In this document: positions 57,349-64,000 of the stretch, in pieces
Layout of the letters: the number at the start of each line of letters is the position of its first letter
Numbering within the stretch: the first letter of the stretch is position 1
Origin: Corallococcus exercitus
GTDB lineage: Bacteria; Myxococcota; Myxococcia; Myxococcales; Myxococcaceae
NCBI RefSeq assembly: GCF_042231735.1
Contig: NZ_CP102577.1
Coordinates: forward strand, 3,167,281 to 3,231,280
Direction: 5' to 3'
DNA: 64,000 nucleotides
Translations under genes and position numbers: made by a program
Notes under the pieces: model-generated
Databases searched by the model: none
Seen by the model: the letters and a program-made list of their open reading frames with translations, nothing else
Told to the model about the DNA's origin: nothing

Positions 57349-59220
57349 TCAGTCCCCGCCGCCCTTGCCGCTCGCGTACATGCCGTCGATGAGCTTCATG
57401 TACTTCTGGCTGGCGACCTTGCGCTTCACCTTGAGGGTGGGCGTGAGCTCGCCGGACTCCTGGGTGAAGTCCGCCTTCATCACCTCGAACTTCTTGATGG
57501 TGGAGTACGGAGGAATCTCCGCGTTCACCTTCTTGAAGATCTCGGCGATGGCCTCGCGGATCTCCGGACGCTGGGAGTTCTGCTCGTAGCTGCCCACCGC
57601 GACGCCCTTGTCCTCCAGCAGCTTGCGCGCCGGCTCCTCCGACACGGTCACGAGCGCGACGAGGTACGGCTGCTTGTCGCCGTACACCATGGCCTGGCTG
57701 ATGAGCGGGAAGGTCTTGAGCGTGTTCTCGATGTTCTGCGGCGCCACGTTCTTGCCGCCCGCGGTGACGATGATGTCCTTCTTGCGGTCGGTGATGCGCA
57801 GGTAGTTGTCGGAGTCCACCTCGCCGATGTCACCGGTGTGGAACCAGCCGTCCGGATCCAGCACCTCCGCGGTGGCGGCGGGGTTCTTGTAGTAGCCCTT
57901 CATCACGCAGGGGCCACGCACCAGGATTTCACCGTCCGCGGCGATCTTGATCTCCGTGCCCGGCACCGGCGGGCCCACGGTGCCGATCTTGATCTTCTCC
58001 ACGCGGTTGGCGTTGCACGGAGCGCTCGTCTCCGTGAGGCCGTAGCCCTCCAGCACCTTGAGCTCGAGCAGGTCGAAGAAGTAGGCGATCTTCCGGGACA
58101 GCGGCGCGCCGCCGGAGATGAAGATGCGCATGTTGCCGCCGAGCTTCTCGTCCAGGGTCTTGCGCACCTTGGAGAACACCAGCTTCTTCGCCAGGCTGAA
58201 CTGGAGCGAGCTGTACTCGCGGCCCTGGCCCTTGGCCTCGGCGTACTCGTCGAAGAGGCCGAAGGCCCACTTGAAGAGCTTGCCCTTCACGCCGGGCGCG
58301 GCGGAGCCGTTGGCCACGACGTTGTTGTAGACCTTCTCGAACACGCGCGGCACGGACGGCAGCACCGTGGGGCGCGTCTCCGCCAGGTTCGCGAGCAGCT
58401 TGTCCACCGACTCCGCGATGATCAGCCGGAAGCCCATGGACAGCCACGCGGCCTTCACCACCTGGGCGAACACGTGCGCCAGGGGCAGGAAGAGCATGAC
58501 GGAGTCGTCCGGCTTCATCATGCCCATGGCCTGGGTGGCCTTCGCTTCGTAGGCCCAGTTGCCGTGGGTGAGGATGACGCCCTTCGGGTCGCCCGTGGTG
58601 CCGGAGGTGTAGACGAGCATGTTGGTGTCGTCCAACTTCACCTGCGACACGCGCTCGGTGAACGCGGACTCGGCGGCCTGGGGCTGGCCCTTGCCGGAGG
58701 CCACCATGTCCGCGAGCGACATCTCCTTGTCGCCGGAGACGGGGCCCTCGAAGACGACGATCTTCTGCAGCGTGGGGATGTCCCCCAGCTTGGAGCGCAC
58801 GCGGGACAGGCGGCCCGCCTGCTTGGCGTCCTTCTCGTCGTTGTCGACGAGCAGCAGCTTCGTCTCCGAGTGGTTCAGGACGTAGCGGCACTCATCCGGC
58901 GTGTTGGAGCCATAGATGGGCACCGTGATGGCCTGGGCCGCGCTGATGGCCAGGTCCGCGATGATCCACTGCAAGCTGGTATTGGCGAAGATGGCGACCC
59001 GGTCCCCGGGCTGGACGCCCTGGGCGATGAGGCCCGCCGCCTGCGCCTTCACGTCCTCCAATACCTGCGCGAACGTGACGTCCTGCCAGCGCCCGTCCTT
59101 CTTGTGGGTGACGCCTACCTTGGAGGCGTTCTGGGCCCGCTGGACAAGCAACTGGACGAGGTTCTGCTCCTGCGTCCCGCTCGCCGCGGGAGCCGTCGTG
59201 ACCTGACTCTCTGCCCTCAC
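57349..59220 (-). CDS. Long-chain-fatty-acid--CoA ligase (AMP-dependent synthetase)
   Basis: YTSGTTGDPKGV, YGLTETS and TGDIGE..DRKKDII motifs. GTG at 59220 overlaps the upstream stop (GTGA). Confidence 0.8.
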   Translation of the reverse strand: MRAESQVTTAPAASGTQEQNLVQLLVQRAQNASKVGVTHKKDGRWQDVTFAQVLEDVKAQAAGLIAQGVQPGDRVAIFANTSLQWIIADLAISAAQAITVPIYGSNTPDECRYVLNHSETKLLLVDNDEKDAKQAGRLSRVRSKLGDIPTLQKIVVFEGPVSGDKEMSLADMVASGKGQPQAAESAFTERVSQVKLDDTNMLVYTSGTTGDPKGVILTHGNWAYEAKATQAMGMMKPDDSVMLFLPLAHVFAQVVKAAWLSMGFRLIIAESVDKLLANLAETRPTVLPSVPRVFEKVYNNVVANGSAAPGVKGKLFKWAFGLFDEYAEAKGQGREYSSLQFSLAKKLVFSKVRKTLDEKLGGNMRIFISGGAPLSRKIAYFFDLLELKVLEGYGLTETSAPCNANRVEKIKIGTVGPPVPGTEIKIAADGEILVRGPCVMKGYYKNPAATAEVLDPDGWFHTGDIGEVDSDNYLRITDRKKDIIVTAGGKNVAPQNIENTLKTFPLISQAMVYGDKQPYLVALVTVSEEPARKLLEDKGVAVGSYEQNSQRPEIREAIAEIFKKVNAEIPPYSTIKKFEVMKADFTQESGELTPTLKVKRKVASQKYMKLIDGMYASGKGGGD

Positions 59221-59957
59221 TTGAGCTCCTCCTGGATGTCGGCATCCACCTTCTTGGCCCACTGCTGCACCCGTTGCCCCTCCGCGGGGTTGTACGCGGT
59301 GCTTCCCTGCTTGACCTTCTCGATGGCCGCGCCCGCTTCCTTCGCCTTGCCGTCCTTCAGCAGCGTCTCGGCCAGGTAGTAGTGCGCGCGCAGCGACTGC
59401 GGAAACTTGGCGATGGCCTTCTGGTAGTACTCCGCGGACTTGCCCAGGTCGCGCTTCGGCCAGGGCAGCTCGTAGAAGTATCGCCCCTTCACCAACCAGG
59501 GACCGCCGTACTCGTACGTGGGGTCGAGTTTCAGCGCGGTGTCCAGGCGCTCGTTGAACTTGCCCTCCAGGCCGTCACCCAGCGCCTTCATGATGCCCAC
59601 GGCCTGCGAGTAGGAACCGATGCCGCAGGCGGCGAAGTAGTAGCCCTCCACGCGCGCGGGCTGGAGCTTCGCGGCCTTGTCCCCGGCCTCCCACGTCTGC
59701 TTGCCCAGGACCATCTTGAGCTTCTTCTCCGTGGCGCCGTCCGCCTGCCACTGGAGGATGCGGGCCTTGCGCCACGCGAGGTCGAAGTCGTCCGGCGTGG
59801 CCTTCAGCGCGTCCGACAGCCCCGTCTCCAACACCTTCACGGATTCCGCGTCGCCACGTTTCGCGTACAACGCGTCGAGTTGGTCGAGCAGCGCGGGATC
59901 CGCGGCGTTCGCCGGCAGAGCCCAAAGCACCCAAAGGGCAAGCAATTTCAAGCGCAT
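59217..59957 (-). CDS. Hypothetical secreted alpha-helical (TPR-like) protein
   Basis: Signal peptide MRLKLLALWVLWALPANA, high GC3; translationally coupled to the fadD-like gene. Confidence 0.4.
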   Translation of the reverse strand: MRLKLLALWVLWALPANAADPALLDQLDALYAKRGDAESVKVLETGLSDALKATPDDFDLAWRKARILQWQADGATEKKLKMVLGKQTWEAGDKAAKLQPARVEGYYFAACGIGSYSQAVGIMKALGDGLEGKFNERLDTALKLDPTYEYGGPWLVKGRYFYELPWPKRDLGKSAEYYQKAIAKFPQSLRAHYYLAETLLKDGKAKEAGAAIEKVKQGSTAYNPAEGQRVQQWAKKVDADIQEELK

Positions 59958-60100
59958 CGAAATGGCTTAGCACGCACGCTTGCCTACCATCAACCGAACG
60001 CGCTAGACGCGGCGCGGCAAAAAAGAAGACGGGGCCAGCAAGGTGCGAACACCCCGCCAGACCCCGTCACCGGTGCAACAGTTGCTGCGGTCCTGCCGCT

Positions 60101-60841
60101 TCAGGCCGCGTCGGCCGTGGCGGTGTGCTCCTCGTTCTCGTTGAACGCGATGAGGTAGCGCTCCAGGAAGTTCTTCGTCTTCAGCTCCACCTGGCGCACG
60201 CGCTCGCGCGACACGCCCCAGCGCTGGCCCAGCTCCTCCAGCGTCAGCGGCTTGTCCTGCGTGAGGCGCTCCTGGAGGATGTCCCAGCCCAGGTCGCCAA
60301 TGCGCTTGCGCACCTTGGCCAGGGCCTCCTGGATTTCGGTGTCCTGCTCGCGGGAGAGGAACGACTCCTGCGGGGAAGGACCGCCGTCCTCGATGCGGTC
60401 GAGGAAGGTCGTCTCACCCTCCTCGTCGATGGTGGCGTCCAGCGAGAAGTCCACCATGCTGCCGCGCTCCGCCTCACCGCCGCGCACCTGGCTGCGGTTG
60501 TCCTTCAGGTAGCGGGTGATGTAGGCGCGGATCCACCACACGGCATAGGTGGCGAAGCGCACGTTCTTCTTCGGGTCGAAGTGCTCGATGGCCTTCATGA
60601 GGCCGACGTTGCCTTCCTGGATGAGGTCGTCCAGGCGGGCCCCGCGGTTGGCGAACTTCTTCGCCACGGCGACCACGAAAGCGAGGTTGGAGCTGGCGAG
60701 CGTCTGTCGGGCGCTCTCGTCACCCTTGCGGGCCTGGCGGGCCAGCTCGTACTCCTGTTCACGCGTGAGCTGCTGGTGCCCGCCCAGGTGACGCAGGTAA
60801 TGCGAAAGGCCCTCTGCCGCGTACTTCGTCGAGTTGGCCAT
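60101..60841 (-). CDS. RNA polymerase sigma factor, sigma-70 family (regions 2, 3 and 4)
   Basis: Region 2 LIQEGNVGLMKAIEHFDPKKNVRFATYAVWWIR and a region 4 HTH. ATG at 60841 with a GGAAGGA RBS. Confidence 0.8.
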   Translation of the reverse strand: MANSTKYAAEGLSHYLRHLGGHQQLTREQEYELARQARKGDESARQTLASSNLAFVVAVAKKFANRGARLDDLIQEGNVGLMKAIEHFDPKKNVRFATYAVWWIRAYITRYLKDNRSQVRGGEAERGSMVDFSLDATIDEEGETTFLDRIEDGGPSPQESFLSREQDTEIQEALAKVRKRIGDLGWDILQERLTQDKPLTLEELGQRWGVSRERVRQVELKTKNFLERYLIAFNENEEHTATADAA

Positions 60842-61069
60842 GATTTCCCGTCCTTCCGTTCGTAACTGCCGGACGCGATGAATCCCCCGACGAACCGCGT
60901 CCACCTGTCACTAGGACGCGCAACGACGGAAAGGGTTTCTCATTCCTTCCAAGAAGGGCATTTCGCCCGCTTACCCTTGTCAAAAGCCCGTCACGCCCTC
61001 GCCCTTTCGGGCTTTTAAGAGCGCGATGTGACGGGTGGGACAGCACCTACGTTTCCGGCCACGAAGCTT

Positions 61070-62497
61070 TCAACGCTTGGGCGCGGGGAAGATTTTCTCG
61101 GGGTTGAGCAGGCCTGATGGATCAAAAAAGGTCTTCAGGCGGCGCTGCAGCTCCAGCAGCGCGGGAGCCTGCTCCAGCGCCAGATATTCCCGCTTCGCAT
61201 GTCCCACGCCGTGTTCACCGGTGATGGTGCCGCCCAGCTCCACGGTGAGCATCAGCATGCGGCGCAGCGCCTCGTCGACGAGGGGGCGCTGGGCGGGGCC
61301 GTCGTAGAGGATGTTGGCGTGCAGGTTGCCGTCGCCCGCGTGGCCATACGTGGCCACGGTGAGCCCCAGCTCCGCGCCCATCTTCTTCAGCCGCTCGATG
61401 ATTTCGGGAATTTTCGAGCGGGGCACCACGATGTCCTCGGAAATCTTGGCCGGCTTGAGCGCGCGCAGGGCCGGGGAAATCACGCGCCGCGCGGCCCACA
61501 GCTTCTCGCGCTGGGACTCGTCCTGCGCCACCAGGGTCTGCGTGGCCCCGTGCTGATTGCAGCGGTCCCCCAACAGTTGGAGCTCCGCGAGGACGCCTTC
61601 GGGGGTGTTGCCGTCGACCTCGGCGATGAGGGCCGCGCCCGCGCCCGGGGGGAACTGGAAGCTGCCCCGGTGCACGATGGCCTGGACGGCGACCTCGTCG
61701 ATGAGCTCCAGGCAGCGCGGCAGGATGCCGGCGGCGAGCACCGCGGAGACGCCGCGCGCCGCCTCCAGGACGGAGGGGAACACCACCAGCGCGGTCATCA
61801 CCTGGCGGGGCAGCGGAATGAGCTGCACCGTGATTTCGGTGGCCACGCCGAGCGTGCCCTCGGAGCCGACGAACAGCCCCACCAGGTCATAGCCGGCCAC
61901 GCCCTTGATGGTGCGCCGGCCCACGCGCAGCACCTCGCCATCCGGCATCACCCACTCCAGCCCGATGACGTAGTCGCGCGTGACGCCGTACTTCAGGGCG
62001 CGCGGGCCGCCGGCGTTCTCCGCCACGTTGCCGCCCAGGGTGCAGAACTCCCAGGAGTTCGGGTCGGGCGGATAGAAGAGGCCCTGGGCCTCCACCGCCT
62101 TCATCAGGTCGCCCGTCACCACGCCGGGCTCCACCACCGCGGTGAGGTCCTCCGTGGAGATGGAGCGGATCCGGTTCATGCGCTCCAGGCTCACCGCCAT
62201 GCCGCCCCTCAGGGGCAGCGAACCGCCGCTCTTGCCGCTGCGCGCGCCGCAGGGGGTGAAGGGCACGCCGTGCGCCTGGCAGGCCTTGAAGATGGCGGAC
62301 ACCTGCGCGGTGGTCTCCGGGAGGAGGACGGCGTCGGGCCGGTAGACGCCGCTGTCGGACTCGTCGCGCGCGTAGGCATCGAGCGTGTCCGCGTCCCGCC
62401 TCACCTGGCCTTCGGACAGCACGCCCGCCAGGGCCTCCAGCACCTCCGCCACGCGCTCGGGCGCCACCCGCTCGAAGCGTTGGGAGGCGGGGTTCAT
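61070..62497 (-). CDS. FAD-linked oxidase (GlcD/D-lactate dehydrogenase family)
   Basis: FAD-binding PCMH domain (PCGARSGKSGGSLP) and C-terminal FAD-oxidase domain. Confidence 0.8.
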   Translation of the reverse strand: MNPASQRFERVAPERVAEVLEALAGVLSEGQVRRDADTLDAYARDESDSGVYRPDAVLLPETTAQVSAIFKACQAHGVPFTPCGARSGKSGGSLPLRGGMAVSLERMNRIRSISTEDLTAVVEPGVVTGDLMKAVEAQGLFYPPDPNSWEFCTLGGNVAENAGGPRALKYGVTRDYVIGLEWVMPDGEVLRVGRRTIKGVAGYDLVGLFVGSEGTLGVATEITVQLIPLPRQVMTALVVFPSVLEAARGVSAVLAAGILPRCLELIDEVAVQAIVHRGSFQFPPGAGAALIAEVDGNTPEGVLAELQLLGDRCNQHGATQTLVAQDESQREKLWAARRVISPALRALKPAKISEDIVVPRSKIPEIIERLKKMGAELGLTVATYGHAGDGNLHANILYDGPAQRPLVDEALRRMLMLTVELGGTITGEHGVGHAKREYLALEQAPALLELQRRLKTFFDPSGLLNPEKIFPAPKR

Positions 62498-63063
62498 CTG
62501 CCGGCCCCCGTGCGTGCGCCCAGCCGGGCCCACAGCTCGCGGCGCAGGGGGCCGTCGCGGCGCAGGCGCCCTTCATAGGCCTCCGCGTGGGTGACGGCGT
62601 CGCGCTGGTGGTCGGCCCTCAGCCGCAGACACGCCTGCTCCGCCTCCAGGATGCAGGCCGTCGCGGGGCTGTCGAGCACGCGGGCGAGCGAGCGCGCCAC
62701 CTGCCGGGCCAGGTCCTCCTGGAGGATGAGCCGGTGCGCGAAGGAGTCCACCAGCGCCCCGATGCGCCCGAAGCCCACCACGCGTGAACCCGGCACGTAG
62801 GCCACGTGCGCGCGGCCGGTGAAGGGCAGCAGGTGGTGCGGGCACATGGAGTGGAAGCGCAGGTCCGTCACCACCACCAGCTCCCCGGAGGAGTCCGCGG
62901 GCGCGGGGTAGGTCTTCCCGAGCACCTCCTCGGGCGTGCGGCCGTAGCCGTCGAGGAAGCCGTTCGCCCACACGTCGGCCACGCGCGTCGGCGTGTCCAC
63001 CAGGTTCACGTCCTGGAGGTCGAGCCCCGCGGCGGTGAGGAAGTCGCGGACCGCCCGGGCCAT
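62494..63063 (-). CDS. folE: GTP cyclohydrolase I
   Basis: FHSMCPHHLLPFTGRAHVAYVPGSRVVGFGRIGALVD catalytic block. ATG at 63063 (MARAVRDFL...); the ORF opens further upstream with a Pro-rich, probably untranslated, extension. Confidence 0.75.
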   Translation of the reverse strand: MARAVRDFLTAAGLDLQDVNLVDTPTRVADVWANGFLDGYGRTPEEVLGKTYPAPADSSGELVVVTDLRFHSMCPHHLLPFTGRAHVAYVPGSRVVGFGRIGALVDSFAHRLILQEDLARQVARSLARVLDSPATACILEAEQACLRLRADHQRDAVTHAEAYEGRLRRDGPLRRELWARLGARTGAGR

Positions 63064-63404
63064 GGCGGCGGGATCGGGGCGCACGGCGCGAGGGGCCGGG
63101 GCCTTGGCGGCGGGGGCGCGGCGGCGGGGGCGGGAGGGAGGCACGGGCGGCGGAACTCCTGGCGCGGGGACGGTGACGGTGGAGCGCACCCAACCTAACC
63201 GATGCGGCCAGGAGGGACGTCCGGAATGAAAACAACGTTCCCTTGTCATCGTGTTCGACGGCGGCCCGCGCAACGCAAGGTTCGCGCACCGGCGTTGAAT
63301 CGCCGCACTGCTTCATCGTCCGTGCCGGGGTACCCCGGGGACGGACGCACCCTGCCTGCCTTGACACTCCCGGGGGGCGACAGTAAGCCAGCCGGGACCC
63401 TCTG

Positions 63405-63824
63405 ATGCTCTCGCGCGCCCACACCCTTGCCCGCCTCACCGCGCTGCTGCTCGTCGCGCTCTGGGGTGCCCAGCCGCTGGGTCTGGCGCTGCACGTGGAG
63501 CAGCACGCGCACCGGTTCTGTCCGCAGCACCAGACGTTCGAAGAGGACGCACGGCGCGCGAACCCAGCGCTGTCCCGCTTCACCGAGCGCGCCCCCATCA
63601 TCGCGTCCGTTCCGCCCGCGGTGGCGGATGCGACGGGCCTCAACCACGAGACGTGCCCGCTGCTCACGGCCGCCCCGCAGGCGGAGGCCCTCCAGGGCGC
63701 CGCCGTCGCCTCCGCCTCGGCGTGCGTGGAGAGCAACCACCCGGCCACCGCGCCGCCCCGCTCGTTCGCGCCGCTCGCCGTCCTCGACATCGCGCCCAAG
63801 GCCTCGCCTCCCACGCACGCGTAG
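63405..63824 (+). CDS. Hypothetical secreted His/Cys-containing small protein
   Basis: Signal peptide LARLTALLLVALWGAQP and high GC3; His/Cys-rich (HVEQHAHRFCPQHQ, HETCPLL, ACVESNHPA). Confidence 0.35.
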   Translation: MLSRAHTLARLTALLLVALWGAQPLGLALHVEQHAHRFCPQHQTFEEDARRANPALSRFTERAPIIASVPPAVADATGLNHETCPLLTAAPQAEALQGAAVASASACVESNHPATAPPRSFAPLAVLDIAPKASPPTHA

Positions 63825-63927
63825 TGCCCCGCGTGTCGTGTCGTGAAGCAGGTCATCAGGTCGACGGTCGTCGTGGGGCGCGCATGCGCGTGCTCCCCGA
63901 TGGGCCGGTTCCGAGGAGCCATCACCC

Positions 63928-64000
63928 GTGTCATCCCTTCCGCGCAGGCCTCCCCGCGCCCTCGCCGTCGTGCTCGCCGCGCAGCTGTCCGCGACCGCCG
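63928..64000 (+). CDS. Hypothetical protein, N-terminal fragment (signal-peptide-like), continues beyond window
   Basis: GTG with a GAGGAG RBS 9 nt upstream; VSSLPRRPPRALAVVLAAQLSATA. Confidence 0.25.
   Translation, partial: MSSLPRRPPRALAVVLAAQLSATA

Overview
High-GC (about 70%) chromosomal window with the gene content and codon bias of a myxobacterium (Myxococcus/Corallococcus-like). Coding density is high and most long ORFs on the opposite strand of real genes are GC-frame artefacts. No rRNA, tRNA, CRISPR array, transposase or integrase was recognised.

Ordinary genes recognised from their protein sequences:
- Left end: LysM protein (partial), YbgF/CpoB-like TPR protein, PgeF, a heme-c-motif GGDEF cyclase, a GDSL hydrolase and DegP.
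- A GH57 glucan branching-enzyme cluster with a DUF4912-like repeat protein and a divergent GT4 glycosyltransferase.
- The gliding-motility coiled-coil protein AglZ (pseudo-receiver plus 1400-aa coiled coil), followed by a MoxR ATPase, IlvE, an AAA+ ATPase with a degenerate Fic-like partner, Nfo, an NrnA-like DHH phosphoesterase and a cysteine desulfurase.
- A Ser/Thr kinase with a secreted TPR partner, 5-formyl-THF cyclo-ligase (with a candidate 6S RNA upstream), TyrS, an SDR, a secreted EndoU-like nuclease and a 2017-aa alpha-2-macroglobulin with an intact thioester.
- RlmE, two small proteins, an acyl-CoA dehydrogenase, an RND efflux operon (MFP, AcrB-like pump, MarR) and a hypothetical secreted protein.
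- A two-component pair, TatA, FadD, a sigma-70-family factor, a GlcD-like FAD oxidase and FolE.

The most system-like element is a co-directional lipid/acyl-carrier cluster on the minus strand: CoA-transferase III, a stand-alone ACP-like protein, a diiron acyl-ACP-desaturase-like protein, an AcpS-type PPTase, a hotdog thioesterase, an alpha/beta hydrolase and an FAAL-like adenylating enzyme, flanked by an SCP2 protein.

Other points worth a second look: massive in-frame tandem-repeat expansions in the DUF4912-like protein, the GT4 tail and AglZ; the heme-c (CXXCH) sensor diguanylate cyclase; and an operator-like palindrome in the RND/MarR promoter.
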